A DNA stretch of 64,000 bases from Rhynchopus sp. YZ270_cl-10 (lineage: Eukaryota). The stretch covers positions 1,054,001 through 1,118,000 of the forward strand of contig OZ037845.1 in the NCBI GenBank assembly GCA_964035575.1, in the 5' to 3' direction. Position numbers and translations under genes: made by a program. Below the pieces are notes generated by a model, which had not been told where the DNA came from, did not search any database, and was given only the letters and a program-made list of their open reading frames with translations. This document shows, piece by piece, positions 47,582 to 60,105 of this stretch; position 1 is the stretch's first letter, and each line of letters starts with the position of its first letter.

Positions 47582-47909
47582 GGAAAGGAAGGGGCGCTTT
47601 ATTTACACACATTAGGATGCCTTTGCTTGCCTGGTTGGGGTTTAACATTTAAAGACCTAAGGTCACTCTCACTTTTTGTTTCTTTCTTGTCTGGAAGTTT
47701 CCAAAAATCCAAGCCGGCGGGCTGGACAAAAAATGGGAAAAACGTGAACGAGAAAAATAGTGCCTAAATGAAAAAAAGTGGGTGGGGCGGACTTCTTTTA
47801 TATGTAGGTACGTGAGGCAGATGTGTGTCAACCAACTATTGTTGTGTCAGACTCGCCATAAGGGCCCGCTTCTGCAAAAGCTGTGGACAGAGTAAAATAC
47901 CTACCGTTA

Positions 47910-48348
47910 ATGATGACCTTAAATGACTCCTGAAGGCACGCCCCAGCAAGGCGTGTCCTGTGTTGACATAGATTATGAGTCTCAAAGTGCAGGATCAGCC
48001 ATCTGACTACGACTGCTTGCTGTCTCTTGCTGTGAAGTTGAACCGCCGCCCGCACAGGGAAGGTGCTGTAATGTGCGCTCTATCCCTAGTCTAGGTGGGC
48101 GCAGATGATCCTTTCTATTCGTGATATCTCTGAACACAACACACGCAATGATGATAAACTTGGCATTTGGATTGAAGCCTCGGCTGTTGAAACCAAAACC
48201 TTTCTACCTTAACATATCTTGCTGAGCACACTTCCTCTCCACACAGCAACATGATGCACAAAACACAACCATTCGGCCAGAGGTGGCCAACAAAGTCACG
48301 GCACCCTCGGTGGGGCTCGAAAAATTATGTCAAACTCAACAGGTCTGA
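47910..48348 (+). ncRNA. snoRNA cassette 6: A 47910-48006, B 48043-48108, C 48148-48225, D 48251-48348
   Basis: Copies of families A-D. Confidence 0.85.
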
Positions 48349-48472
48349 TTGTTGCTGCTCTCCTCTTTTGAACACAACAATTTCACATGACACCGCTTTG
48401 CCGATTCCTGCACCACAAACACACCACACCAACAGACACACTATTATCCTTTCCCTTTCCACTCACACCCAA

Positions 48473-48952
48473 ATGTCTCAGTCCAGACGTGAGGAACACG
48501 CACACACGACAGCATGCTCTGATCTGGTGAACCCCGTGGACGAGTTTGCACCCGGACAGGTGCTGCGGAAGGGACGGCGTGGGGACGGGGAGCGGTGCTA
48601 CCTTGTTGCGTGGCGTGGTGCGGAGGGGCTGTGCACGTGGGAGACGGAGACTGTGCTTGAGGATGCAGGACACGTGCAGCTGTTGCGTGTTGGCAGTGCA
48701 GGTGCAGGTGTGGCGCTTGGTGTTGGGGATGTGGAGACACAGGACACACACAGCAGCAGACGGCGGCAGCGTGCGACGGGGTGTGTGAAGCCGGCACGGA
48801 GTGGACCGATGATGCGGGTGGGGTTGGGTGGACAGATGCGTGAGGGTGTGTTGCGGACACTCCCACAGAACAAGCCTGTGCCACGTGTTGCGAAGGGGGA
48901 GAAGACGAAGGTGAAGCGTCTGCGTGACGAGTGGCGTGTGTCGCGATGCTGA
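48473..48952 (+). CDS. Small chromodomain-like protein, copy 2
   Basis: Near-identical to 29442-29921. Confidence 0.65.
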   Translation: MSQSRREEHAHTTACSDLVNPVDEFAPGQVLRKGRRGDGERCYLVAWRGAEGLCTWETETVLEDAGHVQLLRVGSAGAGVALGVGDVETQDTHSSRRRQRATGCVKPARSGPMMRVGLGGQMREGVLRTLPQNKPVPRVAKGEKTKVKRLRDEWRVSRC

Positions 48953-49294
48953 GGTGCATGTGAGACACATCTGTTCTGTCTGACCTGCTTCAGGCAACCC
49001 TAACCTTTTATTGCTTTACTTTTCAAGAAACACTTTGGCTGGAACATGTGCACTGCACGTGTTGGCAGCTCTCTTGTCCTTCTTCTTTTGTTTATGTGCA
49101 CATGAATGTTTGCTTCATGTAAATGCAGAGATGTACCAAAACAGTCTGTCAAGCGGCTTTCTATCCACAGCTGCAGGACACTGTCTTGTGCATCTGTATC
49201 TATTTAACGAACACACAATTCATTCACCCATTTCCCCTTTTCTTTCTCCAATTCCTGCCCTGTTGTGGTTGTGCAGTTTACCCCACACACGTTC

Positions 49295-50077
49295 ATGATG
49301 ACCTTAAATGACTCCTGAAGGCACGCCCCAGCAAGGCGTGTCCTGTGTTGACATAGATTATGAGTCTCAAAGTGCAGGATCAGCCATCTGACTACGACTG
49401 CTTGCTGTCTCTTGCTGTGAAGTTGAACCGCCGCCCGCACAGGGAAGGTGCTGTAATGTGCGCTCTATCCCTAGTCTAGGTGGGCGCAGATGCTCCTCTC
49501 TCCACCACATGCTGTTGTGCACAGCACAGCACAGTACACTCCTTTCTCCACCCGATGATGATAAACTTGGCATTTGGATTGAAGCCTCGGCTGTTGAAAC
49601 CAAAACCTTTCTACCTTAACATATCTTGCTGAGCACACTTCCTCTCCACACAGCAACATGATGCACAAAACACAACCATTCGGCCAGAGGTGGCCAACAA
49701 AGTCACGGCACCCTCGGTGGGGCTTGAAAAATTATGTCAAACTCAACAGGTCTGATTGTTGCTGCTCTCCTCTTTTGAACACAACCACTTCACATGACAC
49801 CACACACAGCGAGCATGATGACAAAACTTCTTGGCAGCACCGCAAGCTGCTCCCAATACACCTCTCAGGAGGATATGAGGGTTGGTCTTTCTTTCGCCCC
49901 TAGCTGACTCCACAACCTGTGCACATTCACACACCACATCACATCACATCACATCACATCACGATGCAACGCACAACTGCAGCTTCGGAAGTGATGAAAA
50001 CCACTGATATGCCGCCCCAGTCGGAGCTCCACGAGCGATGCCCGAATAGGCTTTACAATACCTTAGGACACCTCTGA
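49295..50077 (+). ncRNA. snoRNA cassette 7: A 49295-49391, B 49428-49493, C 49555-49632, D 49658-49755, E 49815-49907, F 49991-50077
   Basis: Full A-F copy. Confidence 0.87.
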
Positions 50078-50211
50078 TCTCTCTTCTGCCTCGAAACACA
50101 TCAAGTCTCCTGTTTCTTGGGTTGAGAGGCAACACCACTCCTCTCCTCTCCCAGACAACCCTCCACACAGATTCTCAACAACACACCACAACACCACCCT
50201 CACCACACAAA

Positions 50212-50856
50212 ATGGCACCCACCCTGAAGCTTCAGTACTTCGGCGTCCCCGCGAAGCCTGAGGCGACCCGTCTTGCCGCACACATCGGTGGCCTTGCGCT
50301 TGAGGATGAGCACATTGACTTCCCTGCCTGGGGTGGGGGTCTGAAGGCGAAGGTGGCACCGCAGCAGCTGCCGCTTCTGCACGTGGACGGGGAGGTGGTG
50401 GGACAGCACAGTGCAATCCTGCGTTACGTTGCGAAACTCGCGAACCTGTACCCCAAGGATGCACGTGCGGCGCTGAGTGTGGACGAGACGATTGACTACG
50501 CAGATGAGATCTTCGTGATTCTGACCAAGTTGTTTTTCATCCAGGACGAGGACGAGAAGAGGGTGGCCCGCTGCACTGCCATTGCTGAGGGTGGGGACAT
50601 CCACAAGTGGCTTGTCTTCCTGGACTCGCGTCTTGCGGGGAAGAAGTACGCTGTGGGTGACTCCCTGACAGTGGCAGACTTGGTGATCTTCACGCAGGTG
50701 CACTTCCTTGTGTCTGGGTTCCTTGACGGTGTCCCGTTGGATTCACTGGTGTCGTTCAAGAACCTTGCTGCACACAAGGCTGTGGTTGCAAACCACCCGA
50801 AGGTGAAGGAGTACTACGCGTCTGCGGAGGGCCTTCGCACTGTCTTCAAGGCATGA
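50212..50856 (+). CDS. Glutathione S-transferase, copy 3
   Basis: Paralogue of the two earlier GSTs. Confidence 0.92.
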   Translation: MAPTLKLQYFGVPAKPEATRLAAHIGGLALEDEHIDFPAWGGGLKAKVAPQQLPLLHVDGEVVGQHSAILRYVAKLANLYPKDARAALSVDETIDYADEIFVILTKLFFIQDEDEKRVARCTAIAEGGDIHKWLVFLDSRLAGKKYAVGDSLTVADLVIFTQVHFLVSGFLDGVPLDSLVSFKNLAAHKAVVANHPKVKEYYASAEGLRTVFKA

Positions 50857-51353
50857 GCTGCTTTGCGCTGACATTGATACATTCGTCTTACATGTTTTCT
50901 TTACTTCGATTTTCTTGTTTTTTGACTTGACTGGGTTGGGAGGGATGAATGTGCAATCTTTTGCAGTTCGCTCTGCACAACGGGTGTTCTTCAACCCATT
51001 GCATTTGTGTTCTGTTCCCATCCCGTCTGTTTTGTTGAACGGCTCATGTTGCAATTGTGTGTGATTTGTGTGTTGCACACGAACGTAATTATTGTTGCAA
51101 ACATGCGCTTTGTTCACATTTTGTTGCTCTCCTCTTCCGTTCCACGTCCACAAGACGTCTGCACGGTTACAACTTTCTTTACTTTCTTTTTGTGTCCATA
51201 CACACAACTAACTTCGACAACTTACTTCTTTTTCGATTTCAACTTTTTTTTTTGGTTTGGTTTCTTTCACTGATTCAGATGACACCAAAAAACAAACGAC
51301 ACCAACCCCTTCTCTTTTTTCTCTTCTGACTCGAAACACATTGACACGAAAGC

Positions 51354-51434
51354 ATGATGAAAACCTTTTAATTGTCAGTGCTGGCACCAATGTGAGTCTC
51401 GACCATGAGCACATACTTTAACCGCTTTGTCTGA
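51354..51434 (+). ncRNA. Box C/D snoRNA family G, third copy
   Basis: Matches 32330-32410. Confidence 0.78.
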
Positions 51435-51457
51435 AACACTTCTGTTCCCCACTTTTC

Positions 51458-51495
51458 TAGATTATGAGTCTCAAAGTGCAGGATCAGCCATCTGA
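51458..51495 (+). pseudogene. 3' half of snoRNA A lacking box C
   Basis: tagattatgagtctcaaagtgcaggatcagccatctga without the 5' half. Confidence 0.7.
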
Positions 51496-51621
51496 CTACG
51501 ACTGCTCGCTGTCTCTTGCTATTTTCTCCTATTGTTACCGAGATATGTTCTCCCAACCTGCAACATCTTGTATTTTACCTCCACTCTACTCACCACAGTG
51601 CTTCCCACCCCTACATTTAAA

Positions 51622-52346
51622 ATGGTCGCGGCCGCCAAGGACACCCCTGTGCAGAAGGTGCAGACCTACGGTAAGAAGAAGCACGCCGTGGCAGTTGTCA
51701 CGTGCCAGACCGGTATGTCTCTCTGCCCTCCCGCCCCATCCTGTTCATCCCTTCGCCCAACCAAAGTACATTTCATTAAACAACCACAGGCCGTGGAATG
51801 GTCCGTGTCAACGGAATCCCCCTCTCGAACGTGAAGCCCGAGGGACTCCGTCTCAAGATCCAGGAGCCGATCCTCCGCGCCGGAAAGGGTATGACATAGC
51901 CTGCACACTACAGCTCTCAATTACTCCTTTATTTTCCTTTATACAGACAAGTTCCGTGGAATTGACATGCGTCTGCGTGTGCGTGGAGGAGGTCACACCA
52001 GCCAGATCTTCGCGATCCGTCAGGCCATCGCCAAGGCCCTGGTGTCGTACTACCAGAAGTTCGTCGACGAGCCGGTATGTTCTGTTCTTTTAGAAACACT
52101 CATTGTGGTTTATCTTAACGACTTTTTCTCCATCTCCCTTTCTGTTCCTCTGTGATGGACGTTGCAATGACTCTACACCTCTTACCCCTTCTGCACCCTT
52201 CCACTCCCCCACAGAGAAAGCAGGCCATCAAGACCGCCTACCTCGAGCACGACCGTACCCTCCTCATTGCCGACCCCCGTCGCGCGGAGTCGAAGAAGTT
52301 CGGAGGATCCGGTGCACGCTCCCGTTACGCCAAGTCCTACCGTTAA
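51622..52346 (+). CDS. RPS16: 40S ribosomal protein S16 (uS9); exons 51622-51712, 51790-51888, 51947-52074, 52215-52346
   Basis: [58 protein letters not shown]. Confidence 0.96.
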
Positions 52347-52602
52347 ATACGGTGCGACAATGTTTTCTCCCCCCCCTATATCATGTGTGTTGTTGGTAGC
52401 TTTTTGCTTCACTGGGGATGGCACGCTTTAGCAATGATGTGAAAAAAAAAATAGCCTTCCCCCACTCCCAAATCCTTTTTCTAATGATGTGGACATGCGC
52501 CGTGCTCATACAAGAATATTTCTTCTTCAGTGCGCAGCATCCTTTAAATTCCCGGGAAAAAGTCTCTTCTATTATCTCATCCCCCAGCGACAACTACACA
52601 CA

Positions 52603-54132
52603 ATGGAAGACACACCGGTACTGGACAGTGACATGGCCATTGACACAGAGGAAACGAAGATGGAGTGTGCAGATGTGGAGATGCAGTGTGAAGAGGACGA
52701 GACGGACGCACCTGTGCTATCGGCCGAAGAGGAGGCCGCTGCTGCTGCTGCTGCAGAGGCGGCTGCGGCAGAGGAACGAGAGCGGCGTGTTGCTGCTGCT
52801 GAGGCGCGTGCAGACGCAGCCAAGCGACGTGGTGCCAGCAAGGGTGGCTACTACGCAGGCAAGGAGCCCGCACCGCAGGCAGCACCGGAGGGAGGCAGCG
52901 AAGCGTCGCAGGCCACGCCATGCGAGCACACCACCTTGCCTGCCTCTGACGGCAGTGCAGACATCCCCATGCCAGAGGAGGCGCTCGCTGCAGAAGTGCA
53001 GGAGGTCGATGCAGAGGCCGCAGCCTCCGAAGCCGAACGTCAAAAGCGCATTGCAGCAGCGCTTTCCCGCACAGAAGCCGCAAAGAGACGTGGTGCCAGC
53101 AAAGGTGGATACTTTGCTGGGACAGAGCCGGTGGGCGAAGGAGAGGATATGGATGTGGATGTGGAGGTGGAGGTGGAGGAACCAACCGAGAATGTTGCAG
53201 AGGAAAGCACCAACAAAGACACCGAACAGTCCACAGAGGAGCAGGCAGCAGTAGCAGCTGCGGCAGAAGCTGAGGCGGTGGTTGAAGCAGAACGGCAGAA
53301 GCGCATTGAGGCTGCGCTTTCACGTACAGAGGCGGCAAAGCGACGTGGGGGCAAGCGTGCGAAGGCTGCTGATAGCACACAGCCTCCACCCGAGCCATGC
53401 GCCTCAACTGAGGCGGAGGCAAAACCACTCGCCGCACCCGAACAGGACGACGATGAGATCACTGCACGACGCCAGCGTGCTCTGGCAGCAGAGCAACGTC
53501 TTAAGGCTATGCAGGGCAGAGGCAAGGGACCGCAGGCGAAGCCACGCACGCCACAGACGCCACAGACAGAGACACCCAAGGCAGAGAAGCCAAAGCCTGC
53601 CACACAAGACGCTCTGCGAGAGTTGAGAGCCGAGCAGGCGCAGGCACGACTTGCTGCACAGCAGGGCCGTTCCAAGCCCAAACCGAAGACACACGGCATC
53701 GACATGGCAGCGATGCAACGAGAACTGCGCGAGGAAGCACAGAAGAACACAACTACCCCTACACCGACATCTGCCCCTCCACCCCCGCCTCCGTCTGCGT
53801 CTGCGTCTGCCACCCCTGAGCCTGAGACGAAGACTGAAGAGCGTGCACCAAGGGAAATGTCAGACGTTGCCTTGGCCGCCCTCGCCCGAGCAAACAAAGC
53901 ACCATCAAATATGTCACAAGAGTCGAAGGATGCACTCTCAGAACGTCGTGCGAAGGATGAGATTCTTGGTATGTGAAGAGCTCCCCCTTACACCCCCCTT
54001 ACTACACCATTTACAACAGGTCGCATCGAAGCGGTGTCCAAGCGCAAAGGCCTGCACATCCCTTTCTCCCTCCCAGCCCGACCGGTCGCCGCCCTCAGGC
54101 AATACCTTGCACAGATCCAGGGTGACAAATGA
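52603..54132 (+). CDS. Acidic low-complexity protein with four VIM-like (R-x5-AA-x2-R) motifs; exons 52603-53968, 54020-54132
   Basis: Long ORF with internal repeats; a GTATGT...CAG intron restores the frame. Confidence 0.75.
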
Positions 54133-54292
54133 TAGGGACCACTCGAGATCTTCCCCACCAACCTCGCCCCGGGGAGGACCCCTGTCACTCTAGCCTTTGG
54201 ACGACTAATAGAGGAACGTTGCTTTTTTCCCCTTTTTACCTCTCTTTTCTCAGTAACTTATCAATTTCAGGGTTAAATAAAAGGGTTGAAAG

Positions 54293-54637
54293 ATGCTTCG
54301 CAATGTGAGTCGTAGGTGCTTCAGCAACACTCTGTTGACGGAGACGGAGAGGAAAGCGCAGTTAGCATCGCTGCATTCTGATTGGAAGCCTGTAGAGGGG
54401 CGTGATGCCATTGTGCGGGACATTGTTTTCAAAGACTTTCAGGACGCCTGGACGTTCATGAACGGTGTTGCCATCACTGCCGAGAAAATGGACCACCACC
54501 CCGAGTGGTTCAACGTCTACAACACCGTCAAAATCACACTGGCCACGCACGATGCGTGCGAAGGGGGGGGCATCACTGAGAAGGACGTCGTCCTTGCAAA
54601 GCGCATCGACTCCGTCTCGCAGCGGGTTCAGGGATGA
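54293..54637 (+). CDS. PCBD: Pterin-4-alpha-carbinolamine dehydratase, likely mitochondrial
   Basis: [34 protein letters not shown]. Confidence 0.93.
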   Translation: MLRNVSRRCFSNTLLTETERKAQLASLHSDWKPVEGRDAIVRDIVFKDFQDAWTFMNGVAITAEKMDHHPEWFNVYNTVKITLATHDACEGGGITEKDVVLAKRIDSVSQRVQG

Positions 54638-54738
54638 AGTAGAGTGACAAACGTAATCCACATCTCCCCTTTAATCTTGTACACCACCACATTCACTATC
54701 ATCACCATCCAGGCACCCAAACGGGGGGCGATTTTAAA

Positions 54739-57700
54739 ATGTCGGATTCTGATTTCCAACCGGAGGAAGTGGAGCGTGTGCTTGGGACGTGTGGGTCGCA
54801 TGTGAATGAGGAGCGTCAGCTGGCGGAGCAGGCGGTGATGGTGTTGATCAAGAAGAAGGTGTGTGTGCCGCTGCTGGTGGCGCAGCTGCAGCATTCGCAA
54901 CATGTGGGGGTGCGGCAGCTGGCCTCGATCTTGCTTCGCAAGAAGATCCTGGGCCACTGGCGCAAGCTCGACATCAACGTGCGTCAAGAGATCAAGGGAA
55001 CCCTCCTCAACTGCGCCGCAACCGAGCCCGTCCGTGTCGTCAAGCTTGGTATTGCCCACTGCGTTGCCATGCTTGCAAAGGCTGAGGTCGCAAGCGGTAC
55101 CTGGCCGGAGCTCTTCGAGTTCCTCAAAACACAGTCGCAGTCGCCAGAAGTGCTCAACAGAGAGATGGCCATCATCCTCCTCCATGCCTGCAGCCAGACC
55201 ATCCTTGCCCAGCTCAGCTCGCAGTCGGGCCACATCTCGCAGTTCCTCCTCCAAGGTCTGCAGGACCCTGAACAGCGCGTCCGCGTGCAGACACTGCGTG
55301 CTGCCTGTGCGTTGATCACCGAGATCGACATCGATGTGTCGGTCATCTCAAAGCTCCTTCCCGCCATCTTCACCGTCATGAAGGATTCCCTGCACACACA
55401 GGACGAGGACCTCTTCACCACCGCCTTTGAGCTGCTGGAGGAGATTCTCGAGACACCGTCGTTCAAGGGTAAGGGCGACACGATCCTTAAGATTGTTGAG
55501 TTCTGTATCAGCATAATCACGACAACAACGAACCTGCTGTACAGGGAGAAGGCTGCCGACATCCTGGGAAAAATCTGCGTGTACAAGCCGAAGCTTGTTG
55601 TGAAGCACAACGTCGTGCAGCCGATCCTGCAGACGGCGCTGCAGCTGCTGGCGGACCCTAACTGCTCGAACTCGAGCCTTGAGCCTGAGGAGGACAGACT
55701 CTCGCAGGTCGGCATTGCAAGCCAGCTTATCGACACTGTTGCGGGGGCGCTGCCTTCTGTGCAGATGAAGCAGCTGATCCACCACATCAACGAGGAGCTG
55801 GTGGGCAAGAAGAACCCTGACCCTTTCGTGAAGAAGTCGTGCATTCTTGCTCTGGGCTCCATCTCGCATGGCTGCCGCGACCTGCTGCGCGACAGCATCG
55901 AGGCTGTTGTCGATGTCATGAAGACGTGCATCTCTGACCCAAACCCCATCGTACGTGAAGCTGCACTCGTGGCTGCGAGCCAGGTCACGGACTACCTTCA
56001 GCCGGAGATCCTCGACTACCACGAGGACCTGCTGCCGCTTGGCATTGAACTTCTCAGCGACCCTTCGCCCTACGTGCGCGAGAAGGCGTCCTACATGGTG
56101 GACGCGTACACAGAGAACCTTGAGGACGACGTGCTGCCGTACGCAGACGTCTTGGTGGGCAAGCTGCTGCAGGTTATTGCAGAGGAGTGCGGCCTGGAGG
56201 GCATGAAGGCACGCTGCGTGTCTGTGCAGGCGCTGTCCTCTGTGGCAGTCGCAATCCGCGACAAGTTTGCGAAGTACGCAGACCAATGCTTCAAGCTGCT
56301 GCTCCCTGCACTGAAGCTCACCGACGACGAGATGGTGACATACCGTGCGCGCTGCACCGACTGCATCGGGAGCATCGCGAACAGCGTCGGCAACGGCTGC
56401 TTCGATGCGTACTTTGTTGCGAGCATGCAGGACGCTGCTGCGGGGCTTGCCTTGGAGAGCTCTGAGCTGTCTGAGTTCACCTTTGGGTTCTGGAGCAATA
56501 TGGCGGAGTTGTACCCGAAGGAGATGAGCGGGGCGCTGCACGACATCATTCCTTGCATTGCTTCTTGCATCAACGTTGCCGAGGGCGAGCAGACGAACAT
56601 CTCACCCTTTGGCCAACTGCAAAGCACCAACGGCATTGCAGACGAAGCCGACTCCTCCGACGAGAGCGACGACGAGGCGCCGGACGCAGACGACATGGAC
56701 GAATTCATGCTTCGTGTCGACCAGAAGCTTCTCATGGCCCGCGCCTCTGCCCTGCACTGTCTCGCCGTGCTCGCAAAGGTCGGAGACGAACGCTTCGAAC
56801 AATACTTCGCCCCCTCCAGAACCGCTGCCCTCGAGAAGATCTCCCACCACTCCCCTGTTGTCAAGAAGAACGCGATTGAGCTGCTCTGCAACGTCACGCT
56901 TTGGGAGTTCAAGAAGAACTACGTCGAGAAGGTCATCGGCACGCCCGACTCTGATACCCTCGCGACCTCCACGAGAGAGATCCTGCAGGACACACTGTTC
57001 ACCTTTTTGACTGTGATGCGCGAGGACGGCGACAAGGATGTGGTGGCGGGTGCATGCGACTGTGTGGGTGAGATTTGCGATGAGATCGGGAGTGTTGCGG
57101 TGCACAACCACATCGATGCGTTCATGGTGGAGGCAGACAACATTCTTGCGTGCAGAACGGTCTCACAAAAGGTGTACCACGACGAAGACGAGGACGAGGA
57201 CGACCTCCCTGAAGACCACGACCAACTTCTCATCGACGGCGCCTGCGAGATGATCGAGAAGATCGCCAAAGCCTACGGCCCCTCCTTCCTCCCTATGTTC
57301 GAAAAGCTTCTCCCCGGCTTCATCAGATACCTTGCCCCAAACCGCCCACACACTGACCACTACATGGCCCTCGCTGCCTTCGGTGAGATCGTCCCTGCCC
57401 TGCAAGGAAACCTTGGAGACCTCGCAAACAATCTGATCGAGGTCTGCGTTGTAACATTGAAGTCTCCCGACAGCAGGGTGCGCAGCAACAGCAGCTTCAC
57501 TGTAGGTGTACTCTGCGAGGCGGGGGGTGAGAGCGCGACGCCCTTATATTCTGAAGTGATCCCGATCCTGGGCAGCATCATTACCAAGGAGGGCGAGCTT
57601 GGACAGGCCGTGGACAACGCAGTGTCTGCCATGTGCAGGATGTACAAGACACACCTTGCGTCCTGCCATGTGGCGCAAACCCTCCCCGTCCTTCTGCAGC

Positions 57701-58151
57701 ACATCCCCCTGCAGTCGGACCACGCAGAAGACCTGAACGTCTACAGCACTCTGCTGTGGCTGCTTAATACTGCGCTTGATGCGTGCAAGCCACTCCTTGC
57801 GCATTTCATGATGGGTTTTGCGAAGGCAATCTCCCTTGAGACAACGACCGATGAAATTAAGGTATGAAAAACCAAATTGAGACACACAGCGTGGTGTCTG
57901 ACCGTTTTCAGATTATCAAAAAAGAGACGGATAATAGTGCATCCTGACATTGTTAAAAAGTAAAGATTGATAATATTCTCATAGCTTCTGTCAAATTTAT
58001 CAAAATGGAAAACTAAAACCACCATTCCAAACAACAGGCACAACTGTGCGGCGCTCTGAAGCAGATTGGAAGCATGGCGGAAGGGCAGACCGCACTGAAG
58101 ACCCTTCCCGCAGAAGCTCAGCAGGCGATTCTTAAATACGCCAGCATGTGA
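54739..58151 (+). CDS. IPO4: Importin-4 / Kap123-like karyopherin beta; exons 54739-57861, 58038-58151
   Basis: IBN_N-type VRQLASILLRKKI..HW, WPELF, HEAT repeats, acidic loops, AVDNAVSAMCRM..LP..D.AE. Confidence 0.87.
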
Positions 58152-60105
58152 AGCTAGAAGTGTGTGATGACCAACACAGCAACCTATCTGTGTGCGACAT
58201 TCGCAGGGGAGGGAACAAGAAGCAAAAGACGAGCGGAGGGCAAGGAGAGGAGTTTTTCAGTTTCGTATCTGGTTTGGTCTTTTTCTGGATGGGAAGGGAA
58301 GGAGGGAGGGATAGCTTTGTTAGGGGATGGGGCTGAGGAATCATGTGTCTTTTGTTTTTACTTTGTGCCTGGATCAATAACTATTCCCGTTTTTTTCTCT
58401 TTTCTGCTTTGTTGAATTTTCAATTCGAAACCTCTGCACTCGTCGCTTTTTTCTAGCCCACAAACGTTCAATCTCTCTCAGTTTTTTTCTCTTCTTCTGT
58501 TCTTTTTGAAAAAAGGTGACCAACACTAAGTAAAGACATGTGGCTTAGGATCATCTTATCAGATTTTTATTTTATTCTTATTGAGGCGTTTGCACATTTT
58601 CAACTTCTCTTTTATTTCAGATGTGGGTGTATTCAAGGCTCATCTCATAGGCAGGGTTGCCCCTTGTTCTCGGGAAAAACAACAAAATTCTGGATTTATG
58701 TTCCCGTTTTTTTCCTTTTTTTGGGTGGGGTTTTTTGCCCTTTTTCGGGCTTTCCGAGCTCTACCCTCACTGTAGTGGGGTCATTTCGAGAAAATGGACA
58801 AGTTCTTGATTGATACAAATTGTGGTCACGACCACTAGTGAGTTGCTCACAATGCTAAATGAGTGTCAGAACTGTGATTCTGGGCCCACTTTAACCGCCC
58901 CTCGAAATTCAAAAAGGGGTCCCAAACCCGGGCGCGCTACACGCGCGCGGAACTTTTTGCAGCTTTGGTCTAGTTGCATTTTGGCTGCAAAATGCAAGGG
59001 GATCCCCAAAGACGTTGGGAAGATTATTTGGATGGGGCAGTGATTTTGTACCTGCATACACGCTTCCTCGTGGTAACCGTGTGCATGCCAATGAAGTGCT
59101 CTCTGGGGTTCGATAACCCGTGGAACCAGTGCTTCCGCCGATGAACGGTGAGGCGTTTGCACTTCTCTTTTTGCGGAGCAAAAAAATAATATAAATGGCG
59201 CCGCAGGCAAAAATTTTTAGGTACGATGTAAAAATCTAGCTTCCAACGAACCCTTTTTTGCAGAGCAAAAAATAAAAAATGGCGCCGCAGACAAAAAAAA
59301 TTGGGGATACAGCCCTGGATGGTGCAGGATTTTGGTGTCAATTTTTTTTTTTCTTGCCCCCTGAAAACTCTTGCTTTTGAGAGTTTCGACCATTTCACCA
59401 CACTGGTGGTGTGTCACCTACAGTGAAACCCACCAGAAACCACAAGAAAGCCCCCCAAGGAAAAAAGGAAAAAAAAAAAGGAAAAAAAAACTAAAATCCA
59501 GAATTTCATGTTCTCGGTCCCACTTAGGAACTTCCCTGCTCATAGGGTAAATTTTATTTTTATTTTGGTGTGATTTTTACATTTGACGCTCCAGGGATGG
59601 GAAGGGATTTCAGAAAAAAAAAAACTACCGAACACAATATCAGTGAAAAAAAAGCAGGATACATCACATACAATGGCAAAAAAAACACTGCTTTCACTAT
59701 CAACATCACAACCTCTTTTTCTTCCTATCACAAAAGACCTCTCATATCCCCTTTGTTTTCCCCCTCCTCACCCGTTGTAATACATACAGTGGTCCTTGAG
59801 GACGCAGTACAATCCGATCCTGATTTACTGGAAAAGGGATTTGAGGTAACGTACACTTGTCGGGACCCAAGGTAGCATTTTCCCATTGTTGCACAACATG
59901 CTAAAAGGGTAATGTTTTTTTAAACAGTGACGCAATATGCTTGAGCATGTTATAAACACAAATGTCATGCATTTTTGCATGAATTTTGGAGGCCAAAGTC
60001 ATAGCATTGAAAAAAAATATCACATTTAGCATACCTGGATGGTGTATTTATTCAATCCCTTTTCTTTCCGCTCTTCTCCTTTTCCTCTCCACCCTCAGGA
60101 AAAAG

